Made by a program: the position numbers and the translations under genes. The notes beneath the pieces are model-generated. The model worked only from the letters and a program-made list of their open reading frames with translations. It made no database searches and was not told where the DNA came from. DNA of 64,000 nt, taken from positions 250,065-314,064 of the forward strand of contig CAWJUG010000004.1 of NCBI GenBank assembly GCA_963846025.1, given 5' to 3'. Shown in pieces: positions 29,059-37,846 of the stretch. Position 1 is the stretch's first letter; every line of letters begins with the position of its first letter. The DNA is from Terriglobia bacterium (GTDB taxonomy: Bacteria > Acidobacteriota > Terriglobia > Bryobacterales > Bryobacteraceae).

Positions 29059-30026
29059 GTAAGCCGCCCCATCCGTGCTGCGTTCCAAGCAAACAACGGG
29101 CGCTGGCGCTGGGTTTAGCGGGTGAAGCAGCATCACGCCGCGAGCAAGCGTTGACAGGTTCAGTCGAAAACATGTTGCGCATCGACGCCGGTTCCTTTCT
29201 GATGGGCTCGGAAACAACTCATAGCTTCCCGGCTGACGGAGAGGGGCCGGTTCGAAAAGTAACGCTGGATGCTTTCTACATCGATCGTTTCCCCGTTACC
29301 AACGAAGCCTTTGCCGAATTCGTGAATGCAACGGGTTATGTCACCGAGGCCGAGCGCTTCGGATGGTCGTTCGTTTTCGAAGGACACCTTTCACCGGAGC
29401 GGCGAGCTTCGCTGGTGCAGGATACAGTAGCGGCTGCGCCCTGGTGGTGCAAAGTGCGAAGTGCGAATTGGCGCGTTCCCGAAGGACCCGGCTCTACAAT
29501 CTCGAATCGGCCAAATCATCCCGTTGTCCATGTTTCCTGGAACGATGCCGTTCATTTTGCGAAATGGGCAGGCAAACGTTTGCCAACTGAGGCCGAGTGG
29601 GAATGCGCCGCACGCGGCGGACTCGAGCAAAAATTGTATCCCTGGGGCGACGAACTGACGCCCGGCGGCCAGCACCTTTGCAACATCTGGCAAGGAACCT
29701 TTCCGGTGCTGGATACGGCGGACGACGGATATTCTGCGCCCGCTCCGGTGGACGCATTCCCACCGAATGGCTTCGGACTGTACACAATCACCGGCAATGC
29801 ATGGGAGTGGTGCGCCGACTGGTTCAGCCCTACATTCCACATTTCGAGCACTCGCCTGAACCCGGCCGGCCCGATGAGCGGATCGGGAAAGGTCATGAAG
29901 GGTGGCTCATACTTGTGTCACGAATCGTACTGCAATCGTTATCGGGTCGCGGCCCGCACATCGAACACGCCCGATAGCTCAACTACGAACATCAGCTTCC
30001 GCTGCGCGCGCGACGTCGCCTCGTAA
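29055..30026 (+). CDS. formylglycine-generating enzyme family protein (SUMF1/FGE)
   Basis: [68 protein letters not shown] overlap with the parvulin gene. Confidence 0.85.
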   Translation: MSKPPHPCCVPSKQRALALGLAGEAASRREQALTGSVENMLRIDAGSFLMGSETTHSFPADGEGPVRKVTLDAFYIDRFPVTNEAFAEFVNATGYVTEAERFGWSFVFEGHLSPERRASLVQDTVAAAPWWCKVRSANWRVPEGPGSTISNRPNHPVVHVSWNDAVHFAKWAGKRLPTEAEWECAARGGLEQKLYPWGDELTPGGQHLCNIWQGTFPVLDTADDGYSAPAPVDAFPPNGFGLYTITGNAWEWCADWFSPTFHISSTRLNPAGPMSGSGKVMKGGSYLCHESYCNRYRVAARTSNTPDSSTTNISFRCARDVAS

Positions 30027-30035
30027 TTCGGTGCT

Positions 30036-30902
30036 ATGGTGAGAACGAGGCACTCGCCCGTGGGCATTCGGAAGGCTGGGTGGATAGCAGTTTCGACGCT
30101 TGTTTTTTTCGGAACTGCGTTTGCAGTGGACCACAACCTGCCGCGCCCGTTTCGGGAATACCCAGGGATTGAATACCGGCTGGGATCGATTCCTTTGCCT
30201 CCCGATTATCAGGAGAAAACGGAGTGGGCCTTTGCACGCCTCATGTTTCCCCCGGGCTGGAACAACGGTTATGCGGGACGTGACGATCCGGATTGGACCG
30301 AAGGCCGATCACTATGGAGCCAGGACTTCCCGCGCGCAGACCGGCACTTTTCCGAAGCAGTCAGACGGCTGACGCGCATTCACGTGCGGTCCGTCGAGCA
30401 GACAGTGAATCTGGATGACGGCGCTGAAGTTTACAACTGGCCCTGGGTTTACGCGGTTCAGGTAGGCGAGTGGGGCATCACGAATGCGGAAGCAGCCAAG
30501 CTTCGAGAGTATCTGCTCCGTGGCGGATTCTTTATGGCCGATGATTTTCACGGCACGGTCGAGTGGCAGGTTTTTCAGGAAAGCATGAAGCGCGTGTTCC
30601 CGGACAGGCAAATTGTAGACATTCCCGATAGCGATGCCGCTTTCCACACAGTTTACGATCTGGATGACCGCTATCAGATCGTCGGACACGATCACTTATG
30701 GGAGGGCCATAAGGCAGACGGATTTGTACCCCGTTGGCGCGGTATCTACGATGACAAGGGCCGACTGATGGTTGCCATATCGTTCAACTCCGATATTGGC
30801 GATTCCTGGGAGTGGGCCGATTCGCCCGATTACCCGGAGAAGTACTCAGCGCTCGGCGTGCGAATCGGGGTCAACTACATCGTCTACGCGATGACGCACT
30901 AA
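30036..30902 (+). CDS. DUF4159 domain protein
   Basis: WSQDFPRADRHFSEAVRRLTRIHV...NWPWVYAVQVGEWGITNAEAAKLREYLLRGGFFMADDFHG, recognised from memory of DUF4159. Confidence 0.7.
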   Translation: MVRTRHSPVGIRKAGWIAVSTLVFFGTAFAVDHNLPRPFREYPGIEYRLGSIPLPPDYQEKTEWAFARLMFPPGWNNGYAGRDDPDWTEGRSLWSQDFPRADRHFSEAVRRLTRIHVRSVEQTVNLDDGAEVYNWPWVYAVQVGEWGITNAEAAKLREYLLRGGFFMADDFHGTVEWQVFQESMKRVFPDRQIVDIPDSDAAFHTVYDLDDRYQIVGHDHLWEGHKADGFVPRWRGIYDDKGRLMVAISFNSDIGDSWEWADSPDYPEKYSALGVRIGVNYIVYAMTH

Positions 30903-30906
30903 ATTC

Positions 30907-31836
30907 TTACTGCGGCGGATGCGGCGGCGGAGTGTTTCCGGGCTGGCCAGGTGCTCCGGCCGGGCGGTTCTGATTTGCCTGCATAGCAGCTACCTGATCC
31001 GGGAACAACGGATAGGCCAATGGCCTATTATGCATCTCGTGACACGTGAAGCACCGCACCTCCGGCCGATCGTGGAAGTTATCACCATCGATGTGGGCGA
31101 CCATGTCAACCATCTCACGCGCAGTTTTCTTTTCCTTTTTATCGTCTGACGGGAAGTCATTCCGCACATGGCAAAACTCGCAATCCTTGCCAAGCGCCCA
31201 CGAAATATAACGCATCTGATCAATGAACTGAGACGCGGGAAGTGTCTTGAGTAATTGCGTCTTTACGTTCTTGAAATGAGTTTCCGCCAATTCTTCGGGC
31301 TGTCGAAGCTTCTCACCTGCAGCATCCGGTTGCTTCGTCAGGACGACCGTGCTTTGCTGTTCCCGGCCCATTGCCGTTACGGTCGTGTTGACCGTCAGCG
31401 TTTGCCCGTCTTGCGAAAGCGCGTAAGTCCGTTTCATGGTCTGCGGCCGCCCGGCGGTTTCGCCCGTGAGGGTCAATATATTGCCCTCCCAGGATGCCGT
31501 TAGCTCAGTGGGAACGCCCTGGACCGGCCGAACTGAAGGTTTACCGTTCACCAGGAAACTCAGGGCCGTGCGCTCATCGCCGTGTGGGCCGCCCCATGTA
31601 CCTGTCGTCTCGTCCATCTCAGGCCCTTTTTCCTGGGTCCTGCGATTCACCACGACCGTTTTTTCTTCGAACATCGACAAATATTCGGTGACGGGTGGAC
31701 CCGGTATCTTGCTCTTCTGAAGATCCGCTTTCCAAACTCCCGCGATACTAGGCGACGGCGCTTGTGAAAACAACAGAGGCGCGACAAACACGCTGAGGAA
31801 AAGTAGTTTTCGCATCAGTTCCGATGAGTATAACAT
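30907..31836 (-). CDS. c-type cytochrome with two CxxCH motifs (reaction-centre cytochrome c subunit-like C-terminal domain)
   Basis: Signal peptide. Heme motifs CEFCH and CFTCH in ...LGKDCEFCHVRNDF...KTAREMVDMV...VRCFTCHEMHNRP. Confidence 0.75.
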   Translation of the reverse strand: MLYSSELMRKLLFLSVFVAPLLFSQAPSPSIAGVWKADLQKSKIPGPPVTEYLSMFEEKTVVVNRRTQEKGPEMDETTGTWGGPHGDERTALSFLVNGKPSVRPVQGVPTELTASWEGNILTLTGETAGRPQTMKRTYALSQDGQTLTVNTTVTAMGREQQSTVVLTKQPDAAGEKLRQPEELAETHFKNVKTQLLKTLPASQFIDQMRYISWALGKDCEFCHVRNDFPSDDKKEKKTAREMVDMVAHIDGDNFHDRPEVRCFTCHEMHNRPLAYPLFPDQVAAMQANQNRPAGAPGQPGNTPPPHPPQ

Positions 31837-31849
31837 CTCCGTTTCGAAG

Positions 31850-33476
31850 CTATTTCTTGGCGGGCGAGATCCTGGAGGTCACTTTTCCCCAGTAAATACT
31901 GCAGTCCTTGATGTCTGCCTTTTGGGCAAAGACTTGGTCGAGATGCATCTCGTCGATACGATCGTCGTTGCAGCTTTCGACCGTATCGAACTTGCCGGCT
32001 TTGACTTCCGCATCGAGTTCTTTCTGGGACACGATGTGATAGAGCTTTTCTTCTGGCGCAGGCAGTTCGAGATTATGAGAATACGAAAATTCCATGCCGA
32101 ATGGAGGCGTGCGTTTGGTCAGGAAGTACACCAGCTCATCAGCGTAGACAATGCCATTCCTCGGGGTTACGGCATCCACCTTTCTTGCGATCTTTTCGTA
32201 ATCCTGCCACGTAGTCGAGTCACGCTCGTTGAACAGAGCGCGACCGTAGCCCAGAAGTAGCAGCGAAACCACGATTGCCGTGGGCCACAGCGGGCGCTGA
32301 TGCTCGCTGAGGCTGGAACCGGCTCCGTATAGCCCGACCGCCGCCAGGACGCTTACCAGGGGAATCGCAACAATAAAATAGCGGGCGAACGTGGGGTGCG
32401 CAGTTGCAATATAGACGATGAGAGCGGCGGCCGCTACTGCAGCCAAATAGAACTGCGCTCGGTTTGGCAGCGGCCAATGACTTTTTCTTGCCAAGAAGTA
32501 GACACCGAAACCCGCTAACAACCCGAGCAGCAGGGTCTGGCCATCGGCCAGCCATGCACTCAGGACATCTATATCGTGAGTTGTAGCGCCCGGCCAGTTT
32601 ACGCGGCGAAAAATAGTCTGATATTGCACCACGTTGAAGAAGACTTGGCGCGGCGCTTTTGCAAAAAGGCAGAAAACAGGAATAGAAGGGATGAGAGAAC
32701 CGAGAACGAAACGCCGCGGCATTCTTCACCCGGCCGGCCCGCTGCGCCCGCAAGCAAAACCAAAGGAAAAGGACGGGTGCGGCGGGAGCCGTCAGCAGGG
32801 TGCATTCAGCCGCGCCACCCGCCAAAAGCCCCGATGCAACCGCCAACCACGGCCGGCGTGGCTGAGCAGGCCAAGCTACGGCCACGCGGAATGCTGCGAA
32901 GACGAGCAGCATGCCGGCGGCATACGCTTGTGCAATAGGACCAAACTGCACGACTTCGCTGTGCAATCCGATAAAACAGACGGCGATTATCGCCGCGGGG
33001 CCACGCCAACGCGGAACGGGGAAACGGCTCAATAGGAACTGTGCCGCCAAGAACATCGTACCGGCAATCTCGAGTGCCGCCGGAATGTGCAGCACGCGCC
33101 AATGTTGCCCGAAGAAACGCATCCACGCAGCGTTCCAGTAGGCGTTCAGCGGAGTTTGCGGAAAACAGAAATCGATATAGGGAGTTTTGCCGCGATTGAT
33201 GAGCTGTGCCGCCAAAACATGGAAGCCTTCATCCCACACGAAGCCCATGGTCAAGGCGTACGCCAGCAGGCCCAGACTGAGGAGAGCGGTAATCCCGTAG
33301 ACCCAAAGGCAGGTCTTGGATGAGGACGTCACATACGGCTCTTCGGGAAGAGGGGGAGGCGTTGCGGATGTCGTAAGATCCACTCCGCGCGATGATACGA
33401 TGCGCGCTGGTCGATTTTCAACCGTGCTCTTGGCCAGGCCGTCCGGAGTGGACACCTGCGGAGGCACTCCGTGCAT
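31850..33476 (-). pseudogene. ArnT/PMT-like (GT-C fold) membrane glycosyltransferase, 1-nt frame disruption at the AAA/TTT run 32709-32711
   Basis: N-terminal frame reads ...FVWDEGFHVLAAQLINRGKTPYIDFCFPQTPL...RAGRVKNAAAF. The +1 frame continues VLGSLIPSIPVFCLF... with further TM helices and a soluble C-terminal domain. Confidence 0.65.
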
Positions 33477-33575
33477 GCTGGCAAGTCGCTGGCCAAAGCG
33501 TGGGAAAAATCCGACCTTACGACCAACCCTAGCAAAAGTAGGAAAAATCCTACCCGCCTATTCTGAGAAAACGGT

Positions 33576-33603
33576 TTGAATACGGCGCGATTTCCGTTAT
33601 AAA
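33576..33603 (+). promoter_or_regulatory. candidate sigma70-type promoter
   Basis: TTGAAT (33576-33581), a 16-nt spacer, then TATAAA (33598-33603), located in the divergent intergenic region upstream of the micro-ORF. No experimental support. Confidence 0.25.
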
Positions 33604-33769
33604 AAAGTACAGGACGCGCTCAACAAACAAGCTTAGATAACAAAGAACAGCCGACGCGAACAGGATTAAGTTCTGGAAAAGCGGAACGGCCGTAACGGGA
33701 CGGGTGTGTCTGGACGCAGCAACGTTTATGTCGGGCTATTTGAACGATTTAATTCAATTGAACCAAATC

Positions 33770-33797
33770 TGAGTTCTTGCCTGCCAGCAAGAACTCA
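33770..33797. promoter_or_regulatory. perfect 11-bp inverted repeat (operator or 5'-UTR hairpin)
   Basis: TGAGTTCTTGC-ctgcca-GCAAGAACTCA, bracketed by the direct repeat CAAATCTGAG. It ends 11 nt before the Shine-Dalgarno of the micro-ORF. Confidence 0.6.
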
Positions 33798-33820
33798 AAT
33801 CTGAGGAAAGGAGGATCGCC

Positions 33821-33871
33821 ATGAAAGTTAAGAGCAATGTGAAAGCTGGTCAATCCATTTGGCCGGCGTAA
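33821..33871 (+). CDS. 16-codon ORF MKVKSNVKAGQSIWPA (candidate exported peptide or regulatory leader peptide)
   Basis: AGGAGG at 33809-33814, 6 nt before the ATG. TAA stop. Followed by a terminator-like hairpin and the HlyD/PCAT genes. Too short for the ORF track. No homology evidence is available to me. Confidence 0.45.
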   Translation: MKVKSNVKAGQSIWPA

Positions 33872-33912
33872 TTACTGTATCGACGCCTTTTACAAAATCC
33901 TTTAGTGAATCA

Positions 33913-33948
33913 GGCCGCTCGCTTTTCTCTGGGCGGCCACTTCTTTTT
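33913..33948 (+). terminator. intrinsic-terminator/attenuator-like hairpin
   Basis: GGCCGCUCG-cuuuucuc-UGGGCGGCC (9 bp including 2 G-U pairs) followed by ACUUCUUUUU. It lies between the micro-ORF stop and the HlyD ATG (34004). Confidence 0.4.
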
Positions 33949-34003
33949 GGGGCGTTTTCTTAAAGCCTCGTCCTCTGCACTGAATGTATCGCCGGTTCGT
34001 GCC

Positions 34004-35159
34004 ATGTCCAATAGCTTCCGTCGAACAAATTTAACTCTAAAGAGTGATCACGGGAAAATTTCCGTCATTTTCTTAGCCACTGGGCTAATTCTGATTGGGG
34101 CCTGGATCGCGTGGGCTTTTCGCGCGCACGTCACCCGCTACGAGGTCTCCGATTCGGCGCGCCTGGAAGTCGCCGCTGCCACTTATCCCGTCCAAGCCGG
34201 GGTCTCAGGTAGGTTGACCGCCAACAAGTTGACATTAGGCCGCGAAGTGCAAGCAGGGGAGGTATTGGCGCAACTGGACAGCCGCGCCGAACAACTGAGC
34301 CTGGATGAGGAGCGCACCCGCACCGCCGCCTTTGAGCCGCAGTTAGCAGCTTTGCGTTCAGAGATGGAATCTGAAGGCGCGGGACGCCAGGACGAGCAAA
34401 ATGTTTTGAGTCTGTCCGTAGCCGCAGCGCAGGCGCAGCTTCGGGAAGCGGAAGCGCAAGCAGCGCTATCGAGCAGGGAAGCGCAACGCGCCGAAAGCCT
34501 GCGCAAAGGAAGGCATCATCGCTGAAGCCGAAGTTCAGCGTGCAGAGGCAGACGCGCAAAGCAAGCGCGCAGCGGCGGAAAACCTTCGTGCTGCACTGGC
34601 CCGTCTGACACCGGAACAGGCGGTGCGAGACACGGATCGCGATCTCAAAGTGCGCGAGCTTTCCGAGCAGATCGCTAAGTTGGATGCCGATTGGATGGCT
34701 TCGACGGCGACCGTGCGACGGCTGGAATACGAGATGGAGCGCCGTAAGATTCGCGCGCCGGTGGCAGGCCGTCTGGGCGAGTGCGCGGTTCTGCGGCCGG
34801 GCTCCCATATCACCGAGGGACAACAACTCGGCGTCATTCTGCCCTCTGGACGATTGCAAATTACGGCTGAATTTCAGCCTGCCGCGGCGCTAGGCAAGCT
34901 AAAACCAGGCCAAACAGCTACGATGCGGCTGCAGGGATTTCCCTGGGCGCAGTACGGAACTGTGCCCGCCAAAGTCGTGCAGGTGGCGAGCGAGATTCGC
35001 GATGGGAAAGTGCGCGTTGAACTGGCGGTAAACGGCTTTTCGTCTGCACGAATTCCTTTACAGCATGGACTGCCCGGTTCAGTCGAAGTAGAGATTGAGC
35101 GGGTGTCGCCGTTGGCCTTGATCATGCGGTCGGCAGGCGATCTGGTGGGTACTCATTGA
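34004..35159 (+). pseudogene. HlyD-family membrane fusion/secretion adaptor (NHLP-bacteriocin-system type), 1-nt frame disruption near 34508-34510
   Basis: N-terminal TM (ISVIFLATGLILIGAWIAWAF), a coiled coil, then frame +1 continues EGIIAEAEVQRAEADAQSKRAAAENL...RKIRAPVAGRLGE...GLPGSVEVEIE. Removing one G of AAAGGA restores LRKEGIIAEAE. Confidence 0.8.
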
Positions 35160-37846
35160 CACGCCCGCTGCCCAAATTTTTTCGAAAGTTTGCAAAGCGA
35201 ACCTTCTTTGCTCCCGAAGTGGTCCAGACTTCGAATCTGGACTGCGGACCAGCCTCCCTAAAGTGCCTGCTTGAAGGATTTGGAATTCCGGTCAGCTACG
35301 GCCGTTTGCGCGAGGAGTGCCAGACATCGCTCGACGGCACCTCAATCGACACGATGGAATTTGTCGCGCAACAGCTTGGGTTGGACGCCGAGCAAATCAT
35401 GCTGCCGTTGGACCATGTGCCGCTCCCGCAATCGCAGGCATTGCCGTCCATCGTAGTGGTGAAACTGGCAAGCGGCCTGACACACTTCGTAGTCCTTTGG
35501 AGAAAGCACGGAAAGCTTTTGCAGTTAATGGATCCGGCAACCGGACGCCGTTGGACGAGCATAGGCCAATTTGCGAGCGAGCTTTTCGAGCACACAATTG
35601 AGGTACCAGCGGCTGATTGGCGCGAGTTCGCGATATCGGCGGAATTTCAAGCCGCTTTACACGCACGGCTCCTGGCCCTTGGCATATCGGCACAGACGAG
35701 CGAGGAATTGCGAAGACACGCCTGCGATCAGAGCGGCTGGTATGGGCTGGCTTCGTTCGACGCAGCGGTTCGTGTTACTCGCGCGCTGCTAAGCAGCGGA
35801 GCAATACGGAGTGGGCCCGAGGCTAAACGATTTATCGGACAGCTCGTCGAATCCCCGGATTTGATTCCGGCGCGCTATTGGACGGCGCGTGAATCCGCAC
35901 AGCACGATGGCACGCAGCACGTGCTGATGTCGGGCGCAGTGCTGGTACGAGCAAAAGGGAAACGCGCTGTGGAGGCTGGTGGTTCAGCGGCAAACGGCGT
36001 CGCGGCGGCGCTCAAACAAACGCCAGTTTCTCCCGCCCGTGAACTGCTGCGCTTGTTATGGCAGAGCGGAGCGGCATCGCTCGGCACGGTAGGGTTTGCC
36101 GTAGCAGCAGCGGCAGCCGGCACAGTGATAGAGGCGCTGCTGTTTCGAAGTTTGTTCGATATTAGCGGTGAGCTTGCCTTGGCCGGGCAACGTATGGTAG
36201 CGATCGGCGCAATAGTGCTATTCGGCCTGGCTTTGCTCTTTCTTGAGCTCCCAGTATTCGTCCAAGTAGCTCGCGCCGGCCGGCAGCTCGAAAATCGGCT
36301 CCGCGTGGCCTTTCTCACAAAAATACCTCGGCTGGCGGACCGCTACTTCCAAAGCCGCTTAACGTCCGATATGGCCGAGCGCAGCCACGCAACCCACCGC
36401 TTGCGCCACTTGCCCGATCTGCTGAGGCAACTGCTAGGAGGCGTCTTCGAACTATTGGCCACCGCAACGGGAATCATTTGGCTGGATGCATCGGCGGCTC
36501 CGTTTGTCGTGATCGCAGTCGCGGCTGCCTTGGTACCGGCCTTCAGCACGCAGCCGCTACTTGCCGAACGCGATCTGCGAGTGCGCAGTCACGCCGCCGG
36601 CCTGACCCGTTTCTATTTGGACGCGATGTTGGGACTGGTCGCCATCCGCGCGCACGGAGGCGAGCAGAACGTGAGACGTGAGCACGAAACGCTTCTGCGC
36701 CACTGGGCCGATGCCGCGTTGCGTCTGCAGCGCGCCGTGGTTTGCATCGAGGGGATTCAGCTTACAGCCATGTTCGGGCTGGTTGCGATGCTGCTTCTCA
36801 CACGGCCACTCGCCGGCACAGATATCGGGCGCGCGTTACTGCTGGTCTACTGGGCCCTGAACCTGCCATCGCTCGGACAAGATGTCGCGGCGCTAACCCG
36901 GCAATATCCGTACTACCGGACCTTGACGTTGCGATTGTTAGAGCCGCTGGGCGCTCCCGAGGAGGAGAGCGCTGAGGACAAAAGCGCCGAGTCCGTCGGC
37001 CTAGGGGCCGCGCCTTCCATCGAATTTCAAGACGTTAACGCTGAGGCCTCAGGCCACACGATCCTACAACAAATCAGCGTACTCATCGAAGCCGGCACAC
37101 ATGTTGCTGTGGTGGGGCCATCGGGTGCGGGCAAATCCAGCTTTATCGGCATTCTACTTGGTTGGTTAAAGCCGAGCGGAGGACGAGTGCTGATGAACGG
37201 CGTTCCGCTGAATCATGCAAGCTTGCGACGCTCTGCGGCATGGGTCGATCCGGCAGTGCAGTTATGGAACCGTTCGCTGCTATCGAACTTGACTTACGGG
37301 TGCGAGTCTGCGGCCGGCGAAGTGGGCCATGCGGTTGACACGGCATTGCTGCGGCAGGTACTCGAGAATCTGCCTGATGGTTTGCAGACAAAGTTAGGCG
37401 AGGGCGGCGCACTGGTTTCAGGCGGCGAAGGCCAGCGAGTCAGGCTGGCCCGAGCGCTGCTGCGAAAAGACGCCCAACTTATTCTGCTGGACGAGCCGTT
37501 CCGCGGGCTGGACCGCGAAAAGCGCCGCGAGCTTCTGGAAAGAGCCCGGAGTCGCTGGCGTGGGCGCACAATGATCTGCATCACTCACGACATTGCGGAG
37601 ACGCAAGCGTTTCACCGGGTGCTGGTGATGGAAAACGGGCGCATAGTCGAAGACGGCGATCCGCGGGAACTTGCCGGCAACGAAGAGTCGCGCTACGCAC
37701 AGTTTCTTGCGGCGGAACGGCAGATACGCAACGGAATGTGGGGCGCGGACCTGTGGCGAAGAATCCGCATTCATTCCGGACAGGCGCTCGAAGAAGTGCC
37801 CGCGCCCGGAAAGAAACAAGAGGTTCGCGAGAGCGAAGTGGCCTGA
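35156..37846 (+). CDS. peptidase-containing ABC exporter (C39 peptidase + permease + ATPase; NHLP-type export ABC1-like)
   Basis: C39 triad context NLDCGPASLKCLL / LTHFVVLW / LMDPATG. Six-TM exporter domain. Walker A GPSGAGKS, signature VSGGEGQR, Walker B LILLDEPF. TTG start overlaps the HlyD stop (TTGA). Confidence 0.9.
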   Translation: MTRPLPKFFRKFAKRTFFAPEVVQTSNLDCGPASLKCLLEGFGIPVSYGRLREECQTSLDGTSIDTMEFVAQQLGLDAEQIMLPLDHVPLPQSQALPSIVVVKLASGLTHFVVLWRKHGKLLQLMDPATGRRWTSIGQFASELFEHTIEVPAADWREFAISAEFQAALHARLLALGISAQTSEELRRHACDQSGWYGLASFDAAVRVTRALLSSGAIRSGPEAKRFIGQLVESPDLIPARYWTARESAQHDGTQHVLMSGAVLVRAKGKRAVEAGGSAANGVAAALKQTPVSPARELLRLLWQSGAASLGTVGFAVAAAAAGTVIEALLFRSLFDISGELALAGQRMVAIGAIVLFGLALLFLELPVFVQVARAGRQLENRLRVAFLTKIPRLADRYFQSRLTSDMAERSHATHRLRHLPDLLRQLLGGVFELLATATGIIWLDASAAPFVVIAVAAALVPAFSTQPLLAERDLRVRSHAAGLTRFYLDAMLGLVAIRAHGGEQNVRREHETLLRHWADAALRLQRAVVCIEGIQLTAMFGLVAMLLLTRPLAGTDIGRALLLVYWALNLPSLGQDVAALTRQYPYYRTLTLRLLEPLGAPEEESAEDKSAESVGLGAAPSIEFQDVNAEASGHTILQQISVLIEAGTHVAVVGPSGAGKSSFIGILLGWLKPSGGRVLMNGVPLNHASLRRSAAWVDPAVQLWNRSLLSNLTYGCESAAGEVGHAVDTALLRQVLENLPDGLQTKLGEGGALVSGGEGQRVRLARALLRKDAQLILLDEPFRGLDREKRRELLERARSRWRGRTMICITHDIAETQAFHRVLVMENGRIVEDGDPRELAGNEESRYAQFLAAERQIRNGMWGADLWRRIRIHSGQALEEVPAPGKKQEVRESEVA

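Noticed and set aside
33538-33555. Small hairpin GTAGGA-aaaa-TCCTAC in the divergent intergenic region.
   Set aside because: It is only 6 bp and AT-loop rich, has no flanking U-tract, and sits next to the divergent glycosyltransferase start. That is too weak to assign a function.
33728-33772. A second tiny ORF (MSGYLNDLIQLNQI, 14 codons) upstream of the micro-ORF.
   Set aside because: There is no Shine-Dalgarno within 15 nt of its ATG. Its stop lies inside the palindrome, and it has no similarity to the 16-codon ORF. It is most likely chance.
33869-33907. The micro-ORF is in the same frame as the ORF-track HlyD start (GTG 33905) and is separated from it only by one TAA. This could suggest stop-codon readthrough producing a peptide-HlyD fusion.
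   Set aside because: A shared frame has a 1-in-3 chance expectation. The intervening codons (LLYRRLLQNPL...) look non-coding, and a terminator-like hairpin sits inside this stretch. ATG 34004 gives a normal HlyD N-terminus (short cytoplasmic tail plus TM).
34131-34859. Long antisense or out-of-frame ORFs in the six-frame track, for example 34131..34859(-), 37418..38038(-), 37581..38120(-), 40635..41561(+), 28150..28653(-), 17737..18240(-) and 48077..48721(+).
   Set aside because: They lie entirely within, and opposite or out of frame to, genes with strong family signatures. They have Arg/Ala/Pro/Ser-rich low-complexity composition typical of GC-rich shadow frames and no start-site signals.
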